DNA of 64,000 nucleotides from Scenedesmus sp. PABB004 (taxonomy: Eukaryota), in assembly GCA_014905635.1 (NCBI GenBank), contig JABVCE010000013.1:1-64000 (forward strand), in the 5' to 3' direction. This document shows, piece after piece, positions 11,066 to 23,138 of the stretch (position 1 is the stretch's first letter; every line of letters begins with the position of its first letter). The translations under genes were made by a program, and so were the position numbers. The notes beneath the pieces are model-generated. The model was given only the letters and a program-made list of their open reading frames with translations, had not been told where the DNA came from and did not search any database.

Positions 11066-11959
11066 GCTGGCTGCGCGGCTCGGGCCTGCGGCGTGGCGGC
11101 AGCGGGGGCGGCAGCGGCGGGCGTCAGCGCCGTGCGGGCGCGGACCGGCCCCTCCAGGGGCTGGGCCGATGCTGGCGGCCGTTCACGAGCAAGGTCCGGT
11201 CCAATTCAGGCCCCCGCGCCCTGCCGCGACGCTCGTGTTGCGCGGGCGCGGCGACGCCGGGCATGCGACGCCCGAGCGCGACGGATAGCGCGCGCTGCCG
11301 CGGCGCCCGGTCGCGCCGCGTCGCGTGGCGATCAGACGCGGGGCGCCCTCATTCGTGGACTCACGTGGCAGGCCCAACGCCGCCCTCAGGCGCCGCGCCA
11401 CAGGTCTAGGACACCGAACTCTCGGGGGCGCGCGCGGCCGCGTGCAGCGATTCGGCGCCGGCGTGAGGTGTGCGGCACGCTGCGTGCGCGACCGCTGAGG
11501 CCGCGCTCAGGTTTCGCGCAAGGAGGACCACGAGCTCGCTCCTTTTAGGACGGGGCTCGCGCCGCGCAACGCCGTCCACGCCCCCCTTCCCGGCCGCCCC
11601 AGTCGCGCAGTGCGATCGCCCGCCACCACCTGCGCCGCCGCCGCGCCGCGCCGCGATCTCCGCCGCAGGGACAGCACGCCGCGCCCGCCCGCGCTCGGCT
11701 ACGGTGGTGGCCAGCGCAGGCGCCACCTGCCCCCCTCCCCCCCTGGGACAGCGGGCTCGGCCGCCCACGGCTGCCTGCAGCGCACGCGGCTCCACCACGC
11801 CGCCGGAGCAGCGGCGGCGCCCCGGCAGGACAGCGCGGCGCGTGCGGGCCGCCGCACGCGGCTCGACCGTGCCGCCGCCAGGGAGCAGCGGCGCCACCGC
11901 GGGCAGCCGGCAGCACAGCGCAGCGCGCCGGGCGGCGCCCGCCGCTGGCCCCCGCTGCG

Positions 11960-13541
11960 ATGGGCGGCGGCGCGCGGCGGGTCGTGATCGTGACGAGCGG
12001 CAGCCGCGGCGACGTGCAGCCGTACGTCGCGCTGGGCCTGGAGCTGGCGGCGCGCGGGCACGCGGTCACGGTCGCGACCGAGGCGCGCGGGCGGGCGCTG
12101 GTGGAGGAGCTGGGCCGCGGGCGCGTGGGCTTTGCGCTCGTCGCGGGCGACCCCGTGGGCATCCTGTTTGAGCGGCAGCACCAGGCCCTCCTGGCGCGCG
12201 GGCGCATCGTGCCCGTGATGATGGCGGTAGACCGCCACAACCGGCCCTTCCAGCAGCAGGCGCTCGCCGACGTGGCGGCGGCGTGCACGGGCGCCGACGT
12301 GGTCGTGTCGAGCCCGCTCGTGCTCACGGCCACGCTCTGCGCCGCGCAGGCGGCCCGCGCGGCGTGGGTCCCCGTCGCGCTCTGCGGCGTGCAGCCCACA
12401 GGCGCGTACCCGAGCTGGGCGCTCGCGTCGCGGCCGTTCCGCTGGCGCGCGCTGAACCGCGCGACGTACAGCCTCCTCTTTGCCGCGCTCTGGGCGGGCG
12501 AGGCGCGCCGCATCAACGCCTGGCGCGCCGCCGCGCTCGGGCTGCCACCGCTCGCGCGCGGCGCGGCGGGCGTGCTCGCGGCCGCGGGCGGCGCGATCCC
12601 CGTCGTGCAGATGGCGACGGCGCACATGCTGCCGGGGCAGGCGCCGCCGCCCGACTGGCCGCCGGGGAGCCACCTCACCGGCTTCGCCTACATGCCCGCA
12701 ACGCCCGAGGCGGAGGTTGACCCCCGCCTCGCCGCGTTTGTGGCTGCGCCCGGCGGCCCGCCCCTCTACCTCGGCCTCGGCAGCATGCCAGCGCCCGACC
12801 CGCGCGCGATGCTGCAGCTCGCGGTCGGCGTGACGGCGCTCACGGGGCGCCGCGCCGTGCTCGCCGCGGGCTGGTCGGACCTGGCGGCCGCGGCGGGCGA
12901 CGGGCCCGGCCAGGTCGCGCTGCCGGCTGAGCGGCTGCTGCTCGTGCCGTCGGCGCCGCACGACTGGCTGCTGCCGAGGTGCGCCGCGCACCTGCGGCAG
13001 GCGCGCCGCGGGGGCAGGCGGGCGGCTGCGCACGTGGCGCGCCGCCGCCCGCCCACGCCCCCGCCCCCGCGCCGTGGCCGCCGCGCCAGGTGCTGCGCGG
13101 CGGTGCACCACGCTGGTGTGGGAACGTGCGGCGCCGTGCTGCGCGCGGGCATCCCGTCTGTTCCGTGCCCCGTCATGCTGGACCAGCACTTCAACTCGGA
13201 ACGCCTGGCCGAGGCGGGCGTGGCGTGCCAGGCGCTGCCCTTCCGCGAGGTCACCGCGCAGGTCCGGGGGTGCACAGGGCGGCGGGGCGGGCAGGCCGGC
13301 GTGCCGAGCCCTGCCGCTGACGCGCGCGCTCGGCGCTGCCCGCTGCCGGCAGGCGCTGGCCGCACGCCTGGATTCGGTGCTGGGCGACGCCGCCATGGCG
13401 GCGCGCGCGGCCGAGGTGGCTCGCGAGGTGGCCGCGTGCGGTGGCGTGGCGGCGGCAGCTGACATCATCCTGGCCGCCGAGAGCCCCTGGGAGGCGCTGG
13501 AGCAGAGCGGCAAGCTGGCGCCTGTGCCGTCCAAGGCTTGA
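11960..13541 (+). CDS. GT1 family UDP-glycosyltransferase (sterol 3-beta-glucosyltransferase-like), 3 exons
   Basis: GSRGDVQPYVALG, PPDWP, LYLGLGSM, APHDWLLPR, VHHAGVGT, PVMLDQHFN. Introns ~12979-13089 and 13262-13352. Confidence 0.9.
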
Positions 13542-13729
13542 GCGGGCGAGAGAACGCACGCATTGAGGCCACATTCACGGCCACACTCACAGCAGGCCGT
13601 GCCCACGGCACGGCCTCCCGGCCACGCGCTGCACTTGCAGCGCTGCAACACTGCGCCGCGCCCTGCACCACGGAGCGCACGGTGCAACAGACTCTCTCTC
13701 CACACGCTGCGGCCCCTACGCCCCCTCGC

Positions 13730-16700
13730 TCACGCTGCCTGCCTAGGCGCGCCCCCCTCGCCCACGACGCCCCCGGGCGGCGCGCTCTCGCACCCAGCTC
13801 GCTGCTGCAGCAGCTCCAGCTGCTCCAGCTGCAGCGCCGCCCACTGCGCCTGCTGCGTGTCCGCCATGCTGGCGGACGCCAGGCGCTGCTCCCACGCCGC
13901 CAGCAGCGCGCGCAGCGCCGCGGCGTCGGGGGCCTGCTGCAGCCGCGCCAGCGACCAGAGCAGGAGCGCGAGGTGCCGTGCGCCGAGCTGCGGCAGCAGC
14001 GCCTGCGCCCGCGCCGTCGCGCGCGCCAGGAAGCTGCTGCCCGGGTGGTAGCGCAGCCGCCCCAGGCCCCACAGCAGCGCCACCAGGCCGTCGGGCGGGA
14101 GCGCGTCGAGCTGGCCGCTGGCGCACGCGCACCAGGCATGCAGCCACGCCGGCTGCAGCCCCGCGCGCTTCACCCAGCGGTGCTGCCGCAGCCCGGGCGC
14201 CTGCCGCTGCCGCTGCTGCTGCCGCTGCTGCTGCTGCCGCTGCTGCTGCTGCCGCTGCTGCCGCTGCTGCTGGCGCTCCGCAGCTCCCTGGCGCGCCGGG
14301 AAGCGGCAGGCCGTCGACGTGCACATGCGCGTGAAGCCCACGAGCAGCATCGGCAGCGCCTGCGGGCCCAGGCCGCCACACTGCCCGCGTGCGAGCACCC
14401 GCAGGCTGGCGCGCTGCAGCGCCGCCATCAGGTGGGGCTCCACCGGCACGCCCGCCCGGCCCAGCGCCCAAACGCACGTCGCAAGCGACTGGGCGAGCCC
14501 CGCATGCGGCGCGCCGCCCGCCGCCGCCCGCCTGTCGGCCTGCTCCACGGCGCCCTCCAGTTGCGCGAGGCACGCCCGCCACCAGGCGGCCGGCAGCCGC
14601 AGCTGCAGCGAGCTCACCGCCCAGAGAAGCTGGGCCAGGTCCTGCAGCGACGCGCCGGGCAGCGCCTGGCGCACCTGCTGCTCGCCGCCCGCCTCCGACA
14701 GCTGCGCCGCCGGCTCAGGCTGCACGCCAGCGGCCGCCAGCAGCAGCGCGCTCGCTGCGTCGGTCAGCAGGGCCTGCCCGCCCGGCTGCACACGCTGCAC
14801 AACCGCGGGCGGGGGCTCCACGCCTGCGACCGCCTGTGCTGCTCCGTCGCCGCCGCAGCCGCCACCATCGCTGGCAGGCTCGGCGTGCATGCTCTGCAGC
14901 AAGACCCTCAGGCGCTCCTGCTGCCGCTGCCACTGGCGCTGCCGCTGCTGCTCGCGCGTGCCGGGCGCGCTGGCGGCGCAGTGCGCTGCGGCCTGCAGCA
15001 GGGCGGCCACCGCCCTGGCCGACACCGGCGGCGGCGCACCGTCGCTGCCGGCGCCCGGTGGCTGCTGCAGCAGCTGCTGCCGCTCGCCAGGCTGCAGCCG
15101 CTGGGCGGCCGTCTGCAGCATCGCCCTGACCAGCCGCGGGCAGCTGCCGGCGAGCCGCAGCCTGCACAGCGCCCACGCCGCGGACGCCAGCGAGTGGCTG
15201 TCCGCACCAGCGCAGCCGGCCAGCAGCGCCGCCAGCCAGGGCTGCAGCAGCCGCGGCGGCAGCTGCTGGCGCGGCTCGGCGCACGTGCGTGCCAGCGAGG
15301 CCAGCACCAGTGCTGCGCTGTGCGCGGCGGCACGGCCAGCCAGGTCAGGCTCGGCCGGGCCGTCGGTGCCGTCCTGCCACTGCTCGCGTCCCTGCTCAGG
15401 CATCTGCGCGCCAGCGCCCCCGAGCAGCTGCTGCAGGAGCGGGCCCGGCAGCGGCAGTCCCATCTCCGTCGTGGCCCACAGCACCTGGGCGACGTCCTGT
15501 GCGCTGAACGCCGGCGCGTGCGCGCCCAGCGCCCCCAGCAGCGCCGCCTGGTGCTGCCGTTGCTGCGCTGGGGCCTTGAGGCCCAGCCGCGCGCAGCCCC
15601 ACGTGAGCACGGCCACGCTGCGCGCCGGCCACAGCGTCAGGTGCGGCGCCGCCGCGGCAAACACCTGCTCGAGCCAGGCGTCGCCGGGCCGCTGCTGCAG
15701 CGCGGTGAGCGCCCACAGCAGGTTGGCCGTCGCCTGGGCGCCGCCACCGCCGCCGCCGTGTCGTGCCGTGCACGCCAGCCACGCGTCCTGCAGCTGCGAC
15801 AGCCAGGCCTCCCCTACCGGCACGCGCAGCCGCGCGACAGCGTACGCGATGTTGGCGAGGTGCTGCGGCTCCGCCGAGTCAAACAGCCCCGCCGCGCGCT
15901 CGCACAGCGCTGCCGTCGCCGCCATGCCGGCGGCGGAGGCGCGCCAGTCGTAGCGCAGCGCCGCCAGCGCCCACAGCATGTTGGCCACCTGGCGCGACTG
16001 CGCCTCGCGCAGCCGGGGCAGCGCATGCGCCAGCAGCCGCTCCAGCAGCAGCTGCTGCTGCTGCTGCGGCGGCGGCGCTCGCGCGCTGTGCGTCTGCGCC
16101 GCGTGCGGCTGCAGCGCCGGCGGCAGGCTCAGCGCGAGGCGCTGGTGCTGCCGCGCCATCTGCTCCCGCACGGCCGCGAGGCCCGCCGGCGCCTGCTGCG
16201 GCGCGTCGTGCTGCCACGGCTGCGGCGGCGCCTGCTGCCGCCGGCCGCTGCCCAGCTGCGCGAGGTGCGTGATGGCGGCGCTCGCGTGGACGATGTTGAA
16301 GGCCGGGCCGTGCTCCCGCGCGAGCGCGTCAACCTGGCGCCGGCGGGCCGCGCGGCGTGAGGCGGCTCCGCGGCGGCGCGGCAGCTACTGCAGCAGCAGC
16401 AGCAACAGCACGGCGGCAGCAGCAGCAGCCCCGCGCGACGCACCTCCTCCCAGCGGCCGCACTGCTTGATGCAGCGCGTGATGTGCAGCACCAGCGACGC
16501 GCCGCCGGGCGCCGCGACCGCGGCGGCGGCGCCGTCGCTGCCGGCGGGCCCGCGCGGCGCGCGGCCCCCGGCGGCGGGCTCGGTCGGCGGCCGCTGCCGC
16601 TGCAGCGCGCGCCGCTGGGCGCCCGCATGCGGCAGCACGTGCAGCAGCACCGGCGCGGCGGCGCCCTGCGCCGCCGCGCTCACGCCGCCCGCGCCGCCGG

Positions 16701-16956
16701 CGCCCGCGGCGCCTGCGCGCCCGCCGCGGGCGGCCGCTCGGCCGGGCGCTGTGCCGGCCTGCGGTGCGCGCGGAGCGCAGCGGTGAGCGCCCGCCGGCGC
16801 GGCGCGGCAGCAGCGGCGGCACGGCGCGCCGGCCCAGGCGGCGCGCACCGGCGCCGGCGCACGGCCGCCTGCGGCGTGCGCCTCCCTCCAGCCGGGACGG
16901 CGCCCGTCCGCGGCCCTGGGCGTGCGAGGGGCCGGGGCGAGCCCGGCGGGCGGCAT
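13730..16956 (-). CDS. Octotricopeptide-repeat (OPR)-type organellar RNA-binding protein
   Basis: Degenerate helical repeats [77 protein letters not shown]-terminal ITRCIKQC...[16 protein letters not shown] after splicing. Poly-Q/Ala linkers. 5' exons are tentative. Confidence 0.75.
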
Positions 16957-17485
16957 GCTACCCCGCACGCCGCAGCCTCGCTCCGCGCCGCATCACAGCG
17001 CCGGTGAGCAGGATCGCACGGCCGCGGCAGGGCCGGCTGCGTTGGGCGAGGAGTGCTGGTGCTGCTGCAGCCGGGTCGCGGCCAATCCTCGCGCAGGCAC
17101 GCGGACGCAGCGATCTGCGACGCCTGGGGACGCTCGGGGCGGCCGGAGGGCAACGAGAGGCGCGATTTGCGCGGGGAGCTGGACCGGCCGCGTGTTACAT
17201 TTGCCTGGGGCGCCGTGTGAGGGCGCCGGTGGCTCCCGGGCGTCGCCCCGACGCTCACCAAGACACCCCTGGCCGCTCAGCAGACGCCGCCAGCCGGCCG
17301 CTCGCTGTTGCGCCGCCGCAGACCGCAGCGCAGCGTACGCCAGCCGCCGCTCCGCACGGGGCCCGCCCGCGAGCGCTGACAGGGTCCAGACGCCTGCGCC
17401 ACGCTCGCGGCGTGGGCGGCCACCTTGGCACCCCGCCGCCGGGGTCGCCGTGCGCTGTTGACCCGGCGCCGCTCGCGCGGCAAAC

Positions 17486-19657
17486 ATGCGGCTGCGCAAG
17501 CTGCTGCTGCGCTACTTCCCGCCGGGCGTCATCCTGCAGTACCACAAAGACGGCGCGGCGCGCTGCAAGCCCATCGACCTGCTGGAGCTCACGCCGGACG
17601 TCGACCTCGACGTGCGCCGCCGCGCTGCGCCCGCCGGCAGACGAGGGCCAGCGGCAGCCGGGCGCCGGCCGGCCGCCTGGCGCAGTGGCGGCGGCTGCGC
17701 CGCAGCGCGGCCCACGCGCGCCGCGCCGGCGCAGGTGCTCTGCACGCAGATCATCAGCCGCGAGCCGCTCATCTCCGAGAGCAGGCGCCCCGCGCTGCGG
17801 CAGCTGCTGGAGCGCCTGGTGGCCAAGCTGCTGGAGCCGCAGCACTCGCAGTTTGACCTCTTCAACGTGCGGCCGGCGCGCTCGCGGCGGCAGCGCGCGC
17901 AGCCGCGCGCAGCCGCGCGCGGCCGTGGCGGAAGCGCGCGGCGGCGACGCGGCCGGCCCCGCCGCGGCGCAGGTGCTGCGCGCGCACGTGCTGCCGCTGA
18001 CCAACTGCGCGTTCAACAAGTCGGGCAGCCGATTCATCACCGGCAGCTACGACCGCACCTGCAAGGTGCCCGCCGCGCCGGCGCCGCCGCAGCAGCCCGC
18101 CGGCGGCCGCGGCCGCGGCCGCGCGCGCGGCCAGCGGCGACCCCGGGGCGGGGCCCGCCCCAGGCCTGCCCGCCCCGCCGCAGGTGTGGGACACGCAGAG
18201 CGGCGAGGAGGTGCACACGCTCGAGGGCCACAAGAACGTGGTGCGCGGGCTGGCGGTGCCCGCGCAGCGCTGGCAGGCCGCGCTGCCAGCCGACGGGCCG
18301 CTCAGCCCCCTTGCGCCGCTGCGCGCCGCCGGCAGGTCTATGCGATCGCCTTCAACAACCCCTTTGGCGACAAGGTGGTGACGGGCAGCTTTGACAAGAC
18401 CGCGCGGCTGTGGGACGCACACACGGGGCGCTGCCTGCACACGCTGCGCGGTGCGATGCGGCGCGGCCGTCCTCCCGGACGTGCCACACCCCGGGCGCCC
18501 CGGCAGCCGCGACTCACCCCGCGGCACGGCCACGACGCCGCGCGCAGGGCACGACATGGAGATTGTGTGCACCGCGTTCAACCCGCACAGCACGCTGGTC
18601 GCGACCGGCTCGATGGACCACACCGCCAAGGCAAGCGCGGGCGCGCGCCGCGCTGCGCGTCAGCGTGGCGCTGCCGCGGGGCGCTCGCTCCCGCTCGGCG
18701 CGCCGCCACGCCCGCCGTGTCGCGCGTAGCTGTGGGATGTGGAGACGGGCAAGGAGCACGCCACGCTGGCCGGGCACACCGCGGAGATAGTGTCGGTGTG
18801 CTTCAGCACGTCGGGCGACCTGCTCGTCACGGGCAGCTTTGACCACGACAGCCGGCTGTGGGACGTGCGCAGCGGGCAGTGCGTGCACGTGCTGTCGGGG
18901 CACCGCGGCGAGGTCAGCAGCACCGTGTTCAACCACTCGGGTGCGCGGCAGCGGCCGGGCTGCCCAGCCCGGCGGGGGCAGCAGGGGCCTGACGCCGCCC
19001 TGCCGCCGCCGCCGCCCTGCAGACAGCCTGGTGCTGAGCGGCTCCATCGACGCCACCGCGCGCCTGTGGGACGTGCGCAGCGGGCGCTGCCTCTCGGTCA
19101 AGACGGGCCACACCGACGAGGTGCTGGACGTGGCGTTTGACGCCAGCGGCGCCAGCTTTGTCAGCGCCAGCGCCGACGGCACCGCCAGGCGCGACGCGCG
19201 CGGGACGGGCGCCGCGGCGCCGCGCGGCAGTCGCCGCGCGTGGCTCCTGACGCGTGCGGGCGCGCGCGCGCGCGCGGCGACGCAGGCTGTACAACACCAC
19301 GACCGGCGCCTGCCTCGCCACGCTGAGCGGGCACACGGGCGAGATCAGCAAGGTGGCGTTCAACCCCCAGGCCACGCGCCTGCTCACCGCCAGCAGCGAC
19401 CGCACCTGCCGGCTGTGGGACGCGGAGAGCGGGGAGTGCCTGCAGGTGAGGCGCGACCGCACGCACCCCGGCCGCGCGGCACCGGCGCGCCACGGCGCCG
19501 CCGCGCACGGCGCGCTCAGGTGCTGTCGGGCCACACGGACGAGATCTTCAGCTGCGCCTTCAACTACGAGGGCGACGCCATCATCACCGGCTCCAAGGAC
19601 AACACCTGCCGAGTCTGGCGCGTCGCCGACGGTCACGAGAGCGACGAGCCGTGCTGA
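17486..19657 (+). CDS. DAW1: Dynein assembly factor with WD repeats 1 (ODA16/WDR69), 10 exons
   Basis: N-terminus [19 protein letters not shown]...[42 protein letters not shown]-terminal [30 protein letters not shown]. Confidence 0.95.
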
Positions 19658-20226
19658 GCGCGCGGGCGCCCGGCCGCCCGCCGCCGACCGGGCGGGCAGC
19701 GGACGCCGCCACGGAACTCGCGGCAGTCCGCCCGGCACGCCGCGGGAGGCCTGCGCGCGGGAGCCGCGGCCGCACCGGCGGCGGCGTCCTCGAGGAACGT
19801 CACTGCCGCCGCCGGGTGCCGCGCAGCCGCGTCGGCTGCCGCTCCGTCCAGCCGCTCCCTGGTGACACCCGCTCACTGATTCAGGCCTCGCCTCGGCGTT
19901 CCCGCTCAACCAGGCCGCCTGCGAGGGCCCAGCTTCTGCCGAGGCTTGGCGGCCGCTGCGGTCCCTGCCCTGCCCGGCACACCGCCCAGCAGCGTCTTCT
20001 GAGCGCGTGGGGTAGCTCGCGCCACGCGTCTGGCCGCCGACGCGAGGGAGCAGCTCGTCTCCGCCCGCCCCCGCCCGCCAGGCGGCCCCCGCCCGCGGCC
20101 CCGGCCGACGCAGCTCAACGAGCTGCTCGTGGTCCCCGCCCGCGGGCGAGCGAGCGGCGGCGACGGCACCGGCAGCGGCGCCGGGCAGCGCTGCCGCCGC
20201 CCCCAAGCGCCGCTCGCGCAGACGCC

Positions 20227-22714
20227 ATGCGGCGCCGGCGGGCCGGCGTCGCGCTGGCGGCGGCGCTGGTCCTGCTGACCGCGCTCGCGGCGAGCGCCGG
20301 CGCGCTGGACGAGGATGGCCACGCGCACGCCGCGCAGGCCAGAAAGGCCGCGCAGAGCGACCCGCTCGCGTGCCAGAGCGACGTGCAGGTCGCGTACTGC
20401 GGGCAGCTGCCCGTGCGCACGGCCGCGGAGCGCCGTGACTACCGAGACTGCTGCATCGCGCACTACGCGTCGCCCGCCCAGGCCAGCGCGGCGGCGGCGC
20501 GGGCGGCGGCGGCGCGCGCGGCGCAGGCGGCGGCGCTCCCGACGAGCGCCCGGCCCGACCTCGACCCGCTGAGCTGGCGGTTCGGTGACCGCCTCAACTT
20601 CCGGCTGGGCACCTGCACCGCCAGCCTCCGGGTCTTCCTGCCGGCGTTTGACGGCCGCACCGTGACGTACCGCGGCATGTCGGTGCGCGCGCCGCGCCGC
20701 GCCGCGCCGCGCCGCGCGCGAGCGAGCCCGCTGCGGCCGGGCGTGGGCGCGGCTGGCGCCCGCCGACGCCGCCGCCCCCTGCCCCCCTGGCCCCCTCCCC
20801 CGTCGCCGCCGCAGCTGCCGGCCAGCCTGAGCCGGACGCAGGTCCGGCGCATCAAGGACTTGGCGCTGGCGCGGCTGCGCCCGACCAGCATCCGCGCCGA
20901 CTATGCCGCCATGGCTAGCGTCGGCGCGAGCGGGCTCCGGCACCCGGGCGGCCTCACCTCGGCGGCGGAGCTCGCGCTCCTGCGCTGGCGGCTCGCCAAC
21001 GCCACGCAGCCGCAGACCGCCGCGCTGAGCTCGCTGCTGACCGGCACGGGCGTGGTGCCCAAGCTGTACCAGCAGGCAAGCGGCAGCTGGTCGCCGCCGG
21101 TCGACTGCCCCGCCGAGGGCTACGCGCCGCCCGCGCCCTACGCGATCGCCAACTTCAGCGCCGGCTTTGGCGGCGTGAACAGGGGCGGCTGCGCGCCCAA
21201 CTTCCCGGCCGCCGCGCCGCTCGCGCTCTGCCCGCACGTGAGCTTTGTGGAGCTGGACGGCCAGATGGCCTTCAAGCAGGCGTTCGCGTGGGTGGCCACG
21301 GGCGACGCGCGCTACGCGGCTCAGGCGTTCAGAATCACGGACGGCTGGGCCGCCACCAACAAGGCCTGGGGCGACCAGAAGGGCAACGGCCCGCTGGAGG
21401 CCGCGTGGTGCGCCTGCGCGCGCGCGCACGCCCCGCCCTCCGCGGCGCGCCGGCCCCGCCGGCAGCGGCGCCGCCCGCGGCAGGCGACTGCGCTCGTGCT
21501 CACCGCCGCCGCCGCCGCCGCCGCCGCCGCTGCCGCAGGGGCGTCGCCGCCATGGCGCGCGCGCTCGAGCTGCTGCGCCCGCTGCCGCAGTGGGCGGCGT
21601 CGAGGTCCGCGTTTGTGAGCTGGTTGGGCGCCACGGCGCTGCCCCAGATGGACACGTACGTCTACAGCATGACCGCCGGCGCGCTGGCCAAGGGCGTGCC
21701 CAACGTCTACGGCAACTGGTGCGCCGCGGGGGGGGGGGGGGGGGGGGGGGGCGGCGCGCCGCGCCGCGCCGCGTGGGCGGGCGGGCGGGTGGGCGGAGCC
21801 TCACCGCCGCCGGCGCCGGCGCCCCGCGCGCAGGCACTCGGCGGTCGCCGAGGCGTGGATGTCGGTCGCGATCCTCACCGACGACGCGCAGCGCTACCGC
21901 GCGGCGGTCGACCTGTTCCGCAACACCACCACCGTGCGTGCGCCGCCGCCGCCGCGCGCGCGGCCCGCCTGGGCGCGCGGCGCCGCGCGGCCCGCCCGCA
22001 CGCGCGCCGGGCCGACGGCCCCGCCGCCTGCCCGCGCGCCCGGCCGCCGCCGCGCCGCAGGACTACCTGCGCTGGGGCCGCGGCGACTGGCTGTACAGCG
22101 GCAACGGCACGACGCCGCGCCTCATCGGCGATGTCACGGAGACGCTGCGCGACCTGTACCACTCACAGTTTGGCCTGGGAGGGCTCCTGCAGGTCGCGGA
22201 GATGGCGTGGCAGCAGGACGACGACCTGTACAGCCACGCCGGCTACGCGCTCGCGGCGGGCATGGAGCTGCACGCGCGCATCATCAACGCCTGGGTCGCC
22301 TCGGACATAGGGCAGCTCCCGGCCGGGTACGCCTGGTTTAACGACGGCGCCGCGCTGCCGGCGCCGCCGTGCGCGCCGTGCGAGTGGCGGTTCAACCTCA
22401 CCAGCCAGCTCTGGGTCGCCACGAACAAGACGACCGGCCTGCCCGTGCCGGGCGGGGAGCTGCGGGACGGCGTGAAGCTGCTCGTGGGCGTCAAGCCCCT
22501 GCCGTTTGCGGGGTGGGAGGTCGGCTATAATCACTACGCCGGGCGCATGGGCATGGCCATGCCCGAGACGCGCCGCCTGCTCGCGAGCAACCCGATCGAC
22601 TGGTTCGAGTTCTCCTGGGGCCTCGGCACGCTGGGCCAGGCCGACACCGCGTACCAGCTCTGGCGCCCGGGCGTGCGCGCGTGGGCGGCGCTGCCGCTCA
22701 GCGGGTGCCGGTGA
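20227..22714 (+). CDS. Secreted protein with an alginate-lyase-like (alpha/alpha toroid) domain, 5 exons
   Basis: Signal peptide MRRRRAGVALAAALVLLTALAASAGA; RHPGG; ATGDARYA; NGPLEAAW; GNWH; ETLRDLYHSQFGLGGLLQVAEMAWQQDDDLY; WEVGYNHY. Confidence 0.7.
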
Positions 22715-23138
22715 GTGCGCCGCGCGCGGTCGTTGTTGCAACCGTCGCCCGCGCCTGTGCGCGCCCGCGGGTGATTTCTTGTCGTGACTCTCTTGAGTCT
22801 CTTGAGTATTCTAGTCGAGAAAACGCAGCGGTGATCGCTGGAACCCAACCTTGATGAGGAACTCGCCTGCGCGGCGCTGGGGCCCTGGAAGACGCGCGCC
22901 CCGGACCCGGCGCGCCGCGCGCGGGGGCAGGCGGCAGGCGGCGCGCCGCGGCGGCGGCAGCTGGTCTCACGCGCACGCACACCTCGCGCAGCAGCTCGCA
23001 GGCGGCTGCGCGCGCCCGGGCGCCGCCGCTGTGCGCGGCGGTGCGGCCGTGGGCCAGGGTTTGATCGGCCGGCCCTTCGCCGCCGTCGCGCCGGTCCCGC
23101 GCACTTTTTGCGGTCGCCCAAAACTTATACGCAGCAGC

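Noticed and set aside
5488..22714. Carbohydrate-metabolism gene cluster (esterase, glycosyltransferase, lyase)
   Set aside because: The predicted compartments differ (plastid, cytosol, secreted) and unrelated genes intervene, so adjacency alone is not evidence.
22852..22900. C/D box snoRNA suggested by TGATGA
   Set aside because: No CTGA D box or terminal stem at a suitable distance.
22851..23138. In-frame upstream extension or arginine-attenuator uORF of argininosuccinate synthase
   Set aside because: No resemblance to known attenuator peptides. The ATG at 23139 has good context and yields a normal transit peptide.
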